In this document: piece by piece, positions 1 to 9,581 of the stretch
Layout: each line of letters begins with the position of its first letter
How positions within the stretch are numbered: position 1 is the stretch's first letter
DNA from: Phycisphaerales bacterium
GTDB lineage: Bacteria; Planctomycetota; Phycisphaerae; Phycisphaerales; UBA1924
Reading direction: 5' to 3'
Assembly: GCA_015487555.1 (NCBI GenBank)
Contig: WFPK01000052.1
Span: forward strand, 44,144 to 108,143
Length of the DNA stretch: 64,000 nt
Notes under the pieces: generated by a model
Told to the model about the DNA's origin: nothing
The model's database searches: none
The model's input: the letters and a program-made list of their open reading frames with translations, nothing else
Translations under genes and position numbers: made by a program

Positions 1-420
1 ACACATCGAGCAACACAGCGCAAGTGCCAAACCAATATACTTTCCAAGCAAAAGTTCAACACGCGAGATCGGCTGGGCAAGCAAATACAGCAGCGTCCCA
101 CGCTCGCGTTCGCCCGCGATTGAACCCGCACCGGCAATCAGCGCCATCAAAGGCACCACCAGCATAATCAGATTCAAAAGGCCCGCAGTCGTTCGTCCGA
201 ACCCGGCAAACCCATGCGAACCCGAGCCCGCCAACGACATAAACGATACCGCAACCGCCAACACCGTAAAAGCAAGCGTATAAAGAAGAAACCATCGGCT
301 CGCAATCGCATCGCGAAACTCACGCCGGGCAAAGGCGATCACACTCGACACACGAGAGAGATGCGAACCCGATTGGGTTACAGAAGGTGAATCGGTTGCT
401 TCGATTGGAAGGGTGCTCAT
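1..420 (-). CDS. nosY: NosY-like ABC-2 permease, N-terminal part (ORF continues past the left edge)
   Basis: My own translation of the minus strand from ATG 420-418 gives MSTLPIEATDSPSV...RWFLLYTLAFTVLAVAVSFMSLAG...GERERGTLLYLLAQPISRVELLLGKY. This is a hydrophobic ABC-2 permease pattern. The start overlaps the nosF stop (ATGA), and there is no stop before position 1. The listed ORF 56..295 is a different frame. Confidence 0.7.
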   Translation of the reverse strand, partial: MSTLPIEATDSPSVTQSGSHLSRVSSVIAFARREFRDAIASRWFLLYTLAFTVLAVAVSFMSLAGSGSHGFAGFGRTTAGLLNLIMLVVPLMALIAGAGSIAGERERGTLLYLLAQPISRVELLLGKYIGLALALCCSMC

Positions 421-1292
421 GCCTGGTCTCCCTGAACTTCGTCGAGAATCTCGAAATCACGAACCTCTATCTCGGCCCTGGCCAACACCGCCACCGGCTC
501 GGCCTTGCGGTTGCGAGGCACCGAGACGCACAATCCATTCCCATTGAGATTCACCGCATGACCCGCTTCACGAAGCGCAACTGCAGCGGACTCCTCGGTG
601 CCCATACTCAGATACAAACGCATCGTCTGGATCCGTGATTCTGTCGGCCAGAGCTCCGTCGGGGTGATGTCCCTGATGAGCTTGCCCTTCTCCATCACCA
701 ACACACGACCGCCCAAAGCGAGCACCTCGTCGGGGCGATGTGACGCAAAGAGCAGCGTCTTGCCCTCGTCACGAAGCTGGCACAGCGTATCGATCACCTC
801 GCCACGCCCAGACGCATCAAGATTCGAAGTCGGTTCATCGAGCACGATGATCGGCGGATCTGCAATCAACGCAATGGCCAATGCCAGACGCTGCTTCATC
901 CCGCCGGAAAGATCACGCACCCGCTTCTTCTCGTGCCCCTGCAATCCAACCTTGGCAAGAGCAACCGCAGCGTTTCGCCGATTGACCCTTCGCAGATTCG
1001 CAAAGAATAGAATCGAAGCCCCAAGCCGAGCATCATCATGGAAAGCAAGTTCCTGAGGGACATACCCAACAAACGAACGAGCCCGCTTGCCCTGCTTACG
1101 AACATCGACGCCGTGGATAAAAACTGTGCCCGTAGACGGAAATATGCCCAGCAGGCTTCGGATGAGCGTCGTCTTGCCCGCGCCGTTGCTCCCCCAGAGC
1201 GCAATCGACTCGGACTCGGCGAGCTCAAACGAGAGATCGTCAACCGCGACGACACTCCCAAAGCGCTTGGTAACATGCGATGCCTTAATCAT
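417..1292 (-). CDS. nosF: ABC transporter ATP-binding protein NosF
   Basis: 291 aa. Walker A is GSNGAGKTT, the ABC signature is LSGGMKQRLALA, and Walker B is IIVLDEPTSNLD. It overlaps the nosD stop and the nosY start, indicating one operon. Confidence 0.85.
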   Translation of the reverse strand: MIKASHVTKRFGSVVAVDDLSFELAESESIALWGSNGAGKTTLIRSLLGIFPSTGTVFIHGVDVRKQGKRARSFVGYVPQELAFHDDARLGASILFFANLRRVNRRNAAVALAKVGLQGHEKKRVRDLSGGMKQRLALAIALIADPPIIVLDEPTSNLDASGRGEVIDTLCQLRDEGKTLLFASHRPDEVLALGGRVLVMEKGKLIRDITPTELWPTESRIQTMRLYLSMGTEESAAVALREAGHAVNLNGNGLCVSVPRNRKAEPVAVLARAEIEVRDFEILDEVQGDQA

Positions 1293-2701
1293 ACAAATGC
1301 CCTTTGTGAAAGGTCAGAATCCGAAACCACAGGCAGACGAGGTTGATGTGCGATAACCCACCCACCGACCCCCGAAACCAATAGTAACCCAACCGCAAAG
1401 CCAATCATCGGAACCCGTGAACCCCGCTGAGAACTCACAAACAGATCAAGCTCGGGCGGACGCGTCAAAGGCGATGCGTCCACAAAGATCGGCTCGGGGC
1501 TCAAATCCGGAAACGCCCGCGCAGTGAGATCGACTGCTTGCTGAGCAGGGCTGTGAAGAAAAATTTGAAGGTTGGGCTCACGAGCGAGCAAGCTCCGAAA
1601 CAAACTCCGCGGCGCATGAGGAAAATCACCAATCCCATCACCATCCTGGTCAAACCCGGAATAGTTCGACCAGAAGTTCCCCACGCCATCGGCAGAGAAC
1701 TCATTGAGCATCAGCTGACCACGACCATGCACCGTCACCTGCTCCTCATTCTCGACAAAGGCATTGTGCGAAATCACATTATCATGCGTGATCGGCGTCG
1801 CAAGCAGACCGATCTCATTGAATGCGATCTTGTTGTCGATGATGAGCCCATAAGAATCAACCGATGAAGGCGAGTTGTCGATATAAATCCCGACACGGTT
1901 GGCGAGCAACGCATTGTTCTCGACCGTAATCGCATCGCAATCCTTGAGCCCAACCCCATACCCACTTGTCCCACGATTATTGACAATCGAGTTGTGGATC
2001 AGGTGAATCTCGTTGGAATACATCAGGTAGACACCCACCGAGTTGGCGGTGAGCTCGTTGTTCTTGAGCGTAGTGCCATGCGAATACATGAAATGCAGCC
2101 CGTATCGGCTATTGCGAACATGGTTGCGAGTGATCGTCAGGTTCTCAGAGTACCAGAAGACCATATCACGAACGCCATCGATCACATTATCGACGATGAT
2201 GCAATCATCGCTCCACCAGAGCCGAACTCCATCGCCTCGGCGTCCGGGACCGAGCGCCTTGCCAACAATGGTGTTGTTGCGGATGATCGATTCGGGCGCA
2301 GGTCTGAGGTCGATCCCGAAATAAACATCCTCGAAACGATTATGCTCGATAATAACAGGCCCGGCGAAGGCACGAACCCCGGCAGGCTCTTGATCGACTG
2401 TTGAACCAGAGCCTCGGATCGTCAAGCCACGGAGGGTGATGTCCCCAGCACCCAACTCGATGACCGTGCCCTTGCCGAGCCCATCAATCGTTACAACCCC
2501 TTGCCCATCGAGCACAACAGACTTGTCTATGCGCAAGTTGCCCTCATAAACACCCGCGGGGAGAACGATCGTTGAACCCGGATCGGCCAGTTCAATCAAA
2601 CGCGATATCTCATCAACGGATTGAGGTGACTGCTGCGCCTGTGCGCCGAAGGCCGCAGCAAAGAGAACACACAAGGCCGCGATGGTTTGGATGACACTCA
2701 C
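1289..2701 (-). CDS. nosD: NosD, periplasmic parallel beta-helix Cu-maturation protein
   Basis: 470 aa with a signal-like N-terminus (MSVIQTIAALCVLFAAAFGAQAQ). It has repeated beta-helix units (IEHNRF, IRNNTI, ITRNHV, LKNNEL, VENNAL, ISHNAF). It sits between the nosB-like gene and nosF. Confidence 0.85.
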   Translation of the reverse strand: MSVIQTIAALCVLFAAAFGAQAQQSPQSVDEISRLIELADPGSTIVLPAGVYEGNLRIDKSVVLDGQGVVTIDGLGKGTVIELGAGDITLRGLTIRGSGSTVDQEPAGVRAFAGPVIIEHNRFEDVYFGIDLRPAPESIIRNNTIVGKALGPGRRGDGVRLWWSDDCIIVDNVIDGVRDMVFWYSENLTITRNHVRNSRYGLHFMYSHGTTLKNNELTANSVGVYLMYSNEIHLIHNSIVNNRGTSGYGVGLKDCDAITVENNALLANRVGIYIDNSPSSVDSYGLIIDNKIAFNEIGLLATPITHDNVISHNAFVENEEQVTVHGRGQLMLNEFSADGVGNFWSNYSGFDQDGDGIGDFPHAPRSLFRSLLAREPNLQIFLHSPAQQAVDLTARAFPDLSPEPIFVDASPLTRPPELDLFVSSQRGSRVPMIGFAVGLLLVSGVGGWVIAHQPRLPVVSDSDLSQRAFV

Positions 2702-3375
2702 GGCTGAGCTTCTGCCTTCTTTGCTTCCTGCTGCGCCTTGACCAAAGGCGAATACGCCCGCCAGTGGAAGAACAACGCGATAAGAATCACAAACGACGAG
2801 ATCGTCGCCAAGATCAAACCAAGACCAGGCATCGCCACCGTCTTAAACTGCCCCACCATCCCTGTACCCAAAACCGGAGGCACAAACGGCTCGATCGAGT
2901 TCGAAAGCGGCGCATCAGGGTCAAGGTTCTGCCCAAAATAACTCATCCAGAGATGCAAATCTATCAGAAAGACCGCAGGGAACAAAAGCACCGGAAGAAC
3001 CAACAGCACCGTCCATCGGCTATGAATCCAACTCGCCAGCTCAAGCAAAATCACGAACCCAATAAGAAGATACACACCAACAGACCGTTCGATCTGGGCC
3101 GCCTCTTCAAGCGGGCGCATCCCGATATAGTGATTCAGGCTGTCGATCTCGGCAACATCACCCGCAAGATGAGTCACATACGCGATCAAGTGCAGATTCT
3201 CAGGGTACTGCGGGGCGACGAGTTCCATATGCCAAAAGGGCACAAACAACGAAACCAGCAAAAGCACACGGGCAATCAACAACAAGAACCCAGGAGCCCC
3301 ATAGGTCAGGCTGTTCTTTTCAAGTTCCGATTGGTCAACACGCGGACCGATCACTTTTTCGAGGAATGGGGACAT
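2698..3375 (-). CDS. nosB: NosB-like polytopic membrane protein (start trimmed to MSPFLEK)
   Basis: Several hydrophobic helices. It lies directly downstream of nosZ, as the nosB gene does in clade II nos clusters. AGGAGA lies about 9 nt upstream of the ATG at 3375. The assignment rests on position and topology only. Confidence 0.55.
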   Translation of the reverse strand: MSPFLEKVIGPRVDQSELEKNSLTYGAPGFLLLIARVLLLVSLFVPFWHMELVAPQYPENLHLIAYVTHLAGDVAEIDSLNHYIGMRPLEEAAQIERSVGVYLLIGFVILLELASWIHSRWTVLLVLPVLLFPAVFLIDLHLWMSYFGQNLDPDAPLSNSIEPFVPPVLGTGMVGQFKTVAMPGLGLILATISSFVILIALFFHWRAYSPLVKAQQEAKKAEAQP

Positions 3376-3463
3376 AAAGCGTATCTCCTGGGTGCGTATC
3401 CTGCATGAATCTCGGGTTTGAAAACGCCACACACGCTCTCACGCGTGTGGCATGAAGAGAATA

Positions 3464-5455
3464 TTAATCGCGAGGCTCAACCATAAGGTACCCCATCATC
3501 TCCAAGTGAAGCGCCGAACAGAACTCGGTGCAGTAGAACGGGAAGGTACCCGCAGTATCTGCAACGAACTCGACCGTCGCGGTTTCGCCAGGCTCAAGAC
3601 TCAGTGTGATATTGTACACCGGAATCGAGAACCCGTGGGTCGCGTCAATCGCACGCTCGGTGTTGGTAATCCGCCATTTGACGGTATCGCCCTGCTTGAC
3701 AGTCACATGCTCAGGCGTAAAGTGGCTCCGCATCGCGGTCATAAAGACCTCGACTTCACGATCGCCCTTACGCTCGACACGCTCCATCTTGGCCCGTGGT
3801 GCCCAAGGATCGACCGACTGCGTGTGCGGATCCCAACCAATTTCTGGGTAAACCCACCAAGGATTGAGCTTGTCGGCCTTGATGATCTGAGCATAGTGAG
3901 GCTCACCAATACCCAAAGGCATGTCGTAGATCACAGGCATGTGGGTGCCCTGCTGCGAGATATCAAGGAGCTGGAAGTTCTGAGGAAGCAACGGGCCCAC
4001 ACCGATGAAACGATCGACCGCCCACTTGTTGTACGCAACAAGATACTTGCCGTCAGGATCAACCGTATCGCCCTCGGCTGCGCCAAGATGACCAATGTTA
4101 TAATGCACAGGAGTCTTGGTAACAAGCGTCCAATCTGGCTCTGGATTCAGCTTGCCATACGAGCCCCCCAAGGTCCAACGGGCGACCGCCGAATCAAGGA
4201 AGAGCGAGGTGTAGGCATACCCGTCAGGACCAAACTGCGTGTGCAGCGGGCCAAGCCCAACTTCAACCTGGGCTTCGACAACCGCATCGAAATCGAGCAC
4301 GGGAACGCCGAACTCATCTTTACCCGAGAAGGTCTTGTTGGCGATTGCCTTCTTGATCTTCGCGAACGAATAGATGGTCGTATGCGGATCAAGCTTGCCC
4401 GAAACCACAATAAAGTCACCCTTAGGAGCCACATCAACACCGTGAGGACTCCGAGGCTCGGGGGTCAGGTAAAGAAGCCCCTCAGCGATCGCGGTTTGAA
4501 GCGAGATCACTTCCATACCCTTGATCGTGCTGGTTTTGCCAGCCTCATAAACTTCCGCTGCCTTCTTCCAGTTGATGATGTGCAGATAGTCCGTCGCGTT
4601 CATACTCACGCCGGCTTCAAATGGTGGGTTTTTCTCACCCGCGACACCGATACCCCCAGTCGCCAACTCGGTATTGATCGAGTTGAGGAAGAAATACCCA
4701 TCGCTCTCGAGTTTGCCACAGTCGGCAATATCCTGCCAATATGGTGGCAGCTCGATCGCAAACGATTGATCCACATCAATCCGACCCTTCTTGCGATCAA
4801 ACTTCCACATGGTGACCGCACCACGGAAGTCCTCTTTGTAATCGCTCATCGGCGCATAATCAGCACCCCAAGGCACATTGTATTGTGCCGTTTCAAACAC
4901 ATAATCAGTGTTTGGAGTCACGAACGCACCGCCATGGTCATTGATGAACAGCGGGTTCTTGACGATCTGCTTGGTCTCGAAGTCACGAAGATCAATCACG
5001 GCCATGCGCGCGTTCGATTTATCGTTGACGAAGAGCCATTCCCCGTCATAGTCGCCATTGGTTTCCGAGAGGGCCGGGTGATGGGTATCGCCCCAACGGT
5101 TCTCTTTGCCTTGAACATTGCCCGCATCGAGGATGTCATCGCCCACGCCATATCCATACCCCTGCCAAGGCTCGGGGGTGAAGACAGCGATCGTGCGAAG
5201 AAGTCGCATCGAAGGGACACCGATGACAAAGACTTGCCCCGAGTGTCCACCCGAGGACATAATGACATATTCATCCTTCATGCCTGTCGGGGTGTAGGTC
5301 ATTGCTGCAGCAATGAGGTCTTGAGTGGTCAAGCCCCGTTCCTTTGCAACCTTCTGAACATCGTTCATCGACTGCGCCATGGCCGATGATGCCGTTCCAA
5401 GTGCCACCACCCCTGCTGCGAGCATGAGCTTGGAACTAAATCGCGTGAGTGCCAT
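3464..5455 (-). CDS. nosZ: Nitrous-oxide reductase NosZ, Sec-dependent (clade II type)
   Basis: 663 aa with the C-terminal CuA motif ...HGFSI...FYCTEFCSALHLEMMGYLMV. The N-terminus MALTRFSSKLMLAAGVVALGTASSAMAQS is a signal peptide without a twin-arginine motif. Confidence 0.95.
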   Translation of the reverse strand: MALTRFSSKLMLAAGVVALGTASSAMAQSMNDVQKVAKERGLTTQDLIAAAMTYTPTGMKDEYVIMSSGGHSGQVFVIGVPSMRLLRTIAVFTPEPWQGYGYGVGDDILDAGNVQGKENRWGDTHHPALSETNGDYDGEWLFVNDKSNARMAVIDLRDFETKQIVKNPLFINDHGGAFVTPNTDYVFETAQYNVPWGADYAPMSDYKEDFRGAVTMWKFDRKKGRIDVDQSFAIELPPYWQDIADCGKLESDGYFFLNSINTELATGGIGVAGEKNPPFEAGVSMNATDYLHIINWKKAAEVYEAGKTSTIKGMEVISLQTAIAEGLLYLTPEPRSPHGVDVAPKGDFIVVSGKLDPHTTIYSFAKIKKAIANKTFSGKDEFGVPVLDFDAVVEAQVEVGLGPLHTQFGPDGYAYTSLFLDSAVARWTLGGSYGKLNPEPDWTLVTKTPVHYNIGHLGAAEGDTVDPDGKYLVAYNKWAVDRFIGVGPLLPQNFQLLDISQQGTHMPVIYDMPLGIGEPHYAQIIKADKLNPWWVYPEIGWDPHTQSVDPWAPRAKMERVERKGDREVEVFMTAMRSHFTPEHVTVKQGDTVKWRITNTERAIDATHGFSIPVYNITLSLEPGETATVEFVADTAGTFPFYCTEFCSALHLEMMGYLMVEPRD

Positions 5456-5540
5456 TTTCTTTCCTTTCCTGCTATTTCTATCTGTAAGTCCTGAATTAGC
5501 CTTCTAACAAACGCTGCCTACGAGCAGCGTGATACGATGC

Positions 5541-6359
5541 TCAATCTGCGGTGTCGATTGAGCGGATGTAACTGATAATGTCCTTGAGCTCGTCATCGGT
5601 AATCGCCGGATTCCCACCCTTGGGAGGCATGTCAACCCCGGTGGTATTGGCTGCATCCCAGACAGGACGCCCCATCTTGATCATCGTTAGCAACTCCTTA
5701 TCTGACGCGTCCTTCACAAACTGACTGGTCGTGAATGGTTTGCCCAATCCTTCCATCCCCTCGCCATTGGGCCCATGGCATGTCGAACAGGCCGAGACAA
5801 AGAGATCACGCCCGACGATCTCACCCCCCCCTTCGGGTGTCGCTGGACGCTCGATGATCCATTCGTCCATCGAGGCTCGTGGAGCCGACGGATCCTGAAG
5901 CGTGCGGATATAGGCAATGACATCCATGATCTGCTCGTCGCTGATCCCCTGTGCCCCCCGGGCAGGCATCGGCATCCCGGTGGTATTGGCCGGATCATCG
6001 GGCATACGCCCATTGGCGATATTATTGAACAGTTCGGTATCGTCGTTGTCGAGCACATAGCTCGTGTTGACCAAAGGCTTGCCCAACCCCACAATCCCCT
6101 TGGCATCGGGGCCATGGCAAACCTTGCAGGTGTTCATGTATACCATCTCACCCGGGGACATCGGCTCAACAAGCGATTCATAAGCGACCGCCGAGGCGTC
6201 CTCGGTCTTCTCCGAAACCGGAGGCCCAGCGATAATCACCGCGATGATAATAATCGGAAGTGTGATCATAAAGAGCACATTGACCCCGATCACTTTGAGT
6301 CGTTCGGGATCTGCCCCTGACGGAACTCCTGAACCACCGTGTCCTTGCTGGCTTGTCAT
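5541..6359 (-). CDS. Membrane-anchored dihaem c-type cytochrome (putative electron donor to NosZ)
   Basis: 272 aa with an N-terminal TM helix (VNVLFMITLPIIIIAVIIAG). There are two CxxCH motifs (CKVCH, CSTCH), each followed by GLGKP. It lies directly upstream of nosZ on the same strand. Confidence 0.85.
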   Translation of the reverse strand: MTSQQGHGGSGVPSGADPERLKVIGVNVLFMITLPIIIIAVIIAGPPVSEKTEDASAVAYESLVEPMSPGEMVYMNTCKVCHGPDAKGIVGLGKPLVNTSYVLDNDDTELFNNIANGRMPDDPANTTGMPMPARGAQGISDEQIMDVIAYIRTLQDPSAPRASMDEWIIERPATPEGGGEIVGRDLFVSACSTCHGPNGEGMEGLGKPFTTSQFVKDASDKELLTMIKMGRPVWDAANTTGVDMPPKGGNPAITDDELKDIISYIRSIDTAD

Positions 6360-6654
6360 CGAGTCATCTCCGCATGTGATAAAGTGGATATCCAGATACT
6401 ATTTTCCGGCTATCCAGTGTAATTTCCTGCCACAGTAGAAATCAACCCCCTTTAATGAAAATTTTCAATCTATTCAACCCCATATCGCCTCGCGGTTGAG
6501 AATCAACCGCTTCAAGAGCACTCAAATACACTTTCTCGGAGAGATCGCCATCGAACTTCCGATTCTCGCGGCCTCAAGTTTTTTCGATTCTGGCGCATCA
6601 TCTCTTCAAAATACCCACAACGCCTACCGGGCAGCGCGCCAAACAACGAAGAAG

Positions 6655-8160
6655 ATGGTATCACCCCTCTCCATTTCGGCACCTACTATGTGTGCAATGC
6701 GACCAAATACCGACTCGATCGTGCAACAACTTGCCAACTCAACCGACCCGATCGCCCATGCGGGCGAGATCGCCCACAGGTATGCCCTCTGCGAACACCA
6801 CACCCCTGTGGCCCCCTACCGGCTCCCCGCTGAACTTGAGTCTCAACTTGACCTCGCGATCCATGAGAATGGCGAATCTGCCCTGCAGGTCATGCAGACC
6901 CTTGAACAGCTCCTCAACGCAACGCCTCGGAGCACGAGCACACGATTCTGCAACCAACTCTTCAGCGGCTCAGACCCCATCGCAACCGCTGCCGATATGC
7001 TCGTGCCCGTCATCAACACTTCCCTCTACACATTCAAAGCGGCCGGTCCGATGACCATGATCGAACAGCTGGTTATCGGGCGAATGGCAGAACTCTTGGG
7101 ATTCAAAGACTCCCCAAATAAGCCCGAGGGCATCTTCACCCCAGGTGGTTCCATCTCCAACCTTGTCGCCATGCTCATCGCACGCAATGAAACCTGCCCC
7201 GCGCTCCGCAACGAAGGGGCCCCGAGCAAGAAAATCCTGTGCTATGCCTCGGCCGATGCCCACTACTCCATCGTCAAAAATGCGGGGATTCTGGGGATTG
7301 GTCGCGGCAATGTACGCCAGATTCCGACCGATCGCTCGGGCACCATGGACCTCGACATCCTCGCCCAAAGGCTCCGAGACGATCGCGACGCCGGGCACCT
7401 CCCCAGCGTCATCATCGCCACCGCGGGCACAACAGTCCGTGGCTCGTTTGATCCCATCGACCAGATCATCCCGATCGCGCAGGAGTTTGGGCTTTGGGTG
7501 CATGTCGACGCATGCTTTGGCGGAGCAGCAGCCCTGAGCCCAACGCATCAGCACCTGCTCGCAGGTGTCGAGCTCGCCGACTCGGTCGCATGGAACCCGC
7601 ACAAGGTCATGGGCGTGCCGCTCTCGGCAGCGGCACTCATCACCCGAAAATCCGGATACCTAAGCAAGAACTTTGACGAAACCGCTGATTACCTCTTCCA
7701 AGGCGACGATGATGCCCTGAACCCAGGCACCCGCTCGATCCAATGTGGGCGACGCAACGACGCCCTCAAGGTCTGGGCCGCCTGGAAACACCACGGCGAC
7801 ATCGGATACCGCGATCGCATCGACCGCCTGATGGGCATCGCACGCTACGCAGCCGACGCGATCCAAGCCCACGATGATCTCGTGCTCTCGTGCGATCCTA
7901 TGTATGTCAATGTCTGCTTCGAGGTCCGCAACAAATCGAGCCGAGCGATCTGTGACCTGCTGCGTGAGCGCAACGAACTACTCGTCGGGCACGCCGAGGT
8001 CGAAGGTCGCCGGGTAATCCGCATTCCATTTGTCAACGGCTCACTCACTGACGACGACGCAAACGAGATGCTCGAACTGATTCTCAACGCTGCCGAGACA
8101 CTCCCCGCAGGAGACAACGCGATCGCATCGGCACCGAGCAGCCCAGCCTCGCCCTACTGA
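6655..8160 (+). CDS. Group II pyridoxal-phosphate-dependent decarboxylase (start uncertain: 6496/6655/6688)
   Basis: PLP-lysine motif AWNPHKVMGVPLSAAALI, plus HVDACFGGAA. The overall length is typical of GAD/CSAD/DABA-decarboxylase-like enzymes. Confidence 0.8.
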   Translation: MVSPLSISAPTMCAMRPNTDSIVQQLANSTDPIAHAGEIAHRYALCEHHTPVAPYRLPAELESQLDLAIHENGESALQVMQTLEQLLNATPRSTSTRFCNQLFSGSDPIATAADMLVPVINTSLYTFKAAGPMTMIEQLVIGRMAELLGFKDSPNKPEGIFTPGGSISNLVAMLIARNETCPALRNEGAPSKKILCYASADAHYSIVKNAGILGIGRGNVRQIPTDRSGTMDLDILAQRLRDDRDAGHLPSVIIATAGTTVRGSFDPIDQIIPIAQEFGLWVHVDACFGGAAALSPTHQHLLAGVELADSVAWNPHKVMGVPLSAAALITRKSGYLSKNFDETADYLFQGDDDALNPGTRSIQCGRRNDALKVWAAWKHHGDIGYRDRIDRLMGIARYAADAIQAHDDLVLSCDPMYVNVCFEVRNKSSRAICDLLRERNELLVGHAEVEGRRVIRIPFVNGSLTDDDANEMLELILNAAETLPAGDNAIASAPSSPASPY

Positions 8161-9581
8161 CCAACCGACCGACGCCTTGCAAAGAGCAGCCCCATCCAGG
8201 CGATGAGCAGATTGCCCAAGAAGAACGCGGCGACAAGTCCGCACCCGGCAAGAATGTAGTGATTCGAAGAATCGAGCCACTGCGGCCTGGCGAGCCCGTC
8301 ATACCGCCGAACTGCAGTAATCAATCCCGAAACAGTCAGCCAACCAATCAACGCCACCACGCCCACATTGAATCCAATGATCCATCGACGAAATCGGCAT
8401 GAAGAGAGCACGGTCGGATCTGTACCTCGGCGCGCATAAATCTCGATCACCATCCACGAAATCGCTGCAAAGAGCACCATCGCGTCGATCCCGATCTCCG
8501 CGCCCATCCCATGGGCCATCACCACCGTCGTCCCATGGATCAACGCATTGAGCGGCGGGATCGACATCAGAATCGAAGTCGCCAGGATGTATCCAGTCCA
8601 CCACTTGGCCGAGGCAAGAAAAAGCTTGATCGGGCAAGGCGGCGAAGGGCACCTGCTCTTGACCATCGAGGCGATATCCCAGACTACCCGCGCGAGGATG
8701 ATGATCTCGGTCATCGAAATCACAAAGCTGATCCACTTGACCATATGATTCTGAGGCAGGTGGTAAGTATGATGCCCAAAGTTCGTAAATGAGTTGAGCA
8801 ACCCAACCCCAAAGAGCGCATAGGCCAAACGCGAATGAGCATATGACTCGCACTTGGTGATTTTGACGCCGATATACACCAGACTCCCATACACCAGCAG
8901 ATTGAAGCTCCCCACCAAGGTACCCGTGGCTTTCCACTGCAGCCGAATATCCGTCAGCGGATCGGCAAACACACGCGAAAGCAACCAGGCATGCTGCTCG
9001 ATGAAAGTGTAGACAAAAAACAATACCCCAACCGCCCACATCGAAACATGCACCGGGCGATGGAGCAACCCCTTGCCAAGGATCGCAAAGAAGTTCCAAG
9101 TAAAAAGCAGCCAACCGAGCAGCACAGGGATCGAGAAGATCGGATGGAACCCCAGATATTCACGCCCGGAGAACACGCCAAAGAGCAACGAGCCCAAAAT
9201 CCCCCCCCCCGCGATCGCCCAAAGGATCACCTGAATGCGAAGCCTCCATCGCTCGGCTTGTCCCATCGCCCCCGCAACATCCTCGAAATACCGATGCACG
9301 ACCGCGATGCCGCCGAGGAAGATAAATGCCGCTGCGAATGTCGTGTGGATCGGGCGTAAGGAGGCGAACTGAATCCCAAGCCGTTGCATAACTGATGCGA
9401 TAGCAGGGATGTAATACAGAACCCCCAACACCCCGGCCCCGAGCGCGATGGCCAATGAAACAATCGACCCGCGCATAAATGTAAGTGTGGCATACCGACG
9501 AGACGGATCGACATCTCGAAAATTGGCCCCAAGAACAGGCTCGTCGAAGCGCACAGGCTGGGCATCATCAGATTGCGTCAT
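8154..9581 (-). CDS. Heme-copper oxidase superfamily subunit I-like protein (CcoN/NorB-like, divergent)
   Basis: 475 aa with about 12 TM segments. By eye these motifs align to the CcoN helix II, VI, VII and X motifs: FASLRPIHTTFAAAFIFLGG, IEQHAW, NFGHHTYHLP and NALIHGTTVVMAHGMGAEIG. The start overlaps the upstream cytochrome c stop (ATGA). Confidence 0.6.
   Translation of the reverse strand: MTQSDDAQPVRFDEPVLGANFRDVDPSRRYATLTFMRGSIVSLAIALGAGVLGVLYYIPAIASVMQRLGIQFASLRPIHTTFAAAFIFLGGIAVVHRYFEDVAGAMGQAERWRLRIQVILWAIAGGGILGSLLFGVFSGREYLGFHPIFSIPVLLGWLLFTWNFFAILGKGLLHRPVHVSMWAVGVLFFVYTFIEQHAWLLSRVFADPLTDIRLQWKATGTLVGSFNLLVYGSLVYIGVKITKCESYAHSRLAYALFGVGLLNSFTNFGHHTYHLPQNHMVKWISFVISMTEIIILARVVWDIASMVKSRCPSPPCPIKLFLASAKWWTGYILATSILMSIPPLNALIHGTTVVMAHGMGAEIGIDAMVLFAAISWMVIEIYARRGTDPTVLSSCRFRRWIIGFNVGVVALIGWLTVSGLITAVRRYDGLARPQWLDSSNHYILAGCGLVAAFFLGNLLIAWMGLLFARRRSVGQ

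Noticed and set aside
56-295. 79-aa minus-strand ORF at the left edge
   Set aside because: It is in the wrong frame inside the nosY coding region. The frame starting at 420 gives a proper ABC-2 permease sequence.
3452-5389. 645-aa ORF on the plus strand, antisense to nosZ
   Set aside because: Its composition is Arg/His/Leu-rich with no motifs. The opposite strand encodes an unmistakable NosZ. This is a typical stop-poor antisense frame in GC-rich DNA.
6492-6510. FNR/NnrR-type box upstream of the nos and decarboxylase genes
   Set aside because: GCGGTTGA-gaa-TCAACCGC has TTGA/TCAA half-sites only 3 nt apart, instead of the 6 nt implied by TTGAT-N4-ATCAA. It is kept only as an unexplained palindrome.
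8299-9114. 271-aa alternative-frame ORF within the oxidase-like gene
   Set aside because: It is an off-frame, Cys/Gly/Asp-rich product with no membrane-protein character. The 475-aa frame has the conserved HCO motifs.
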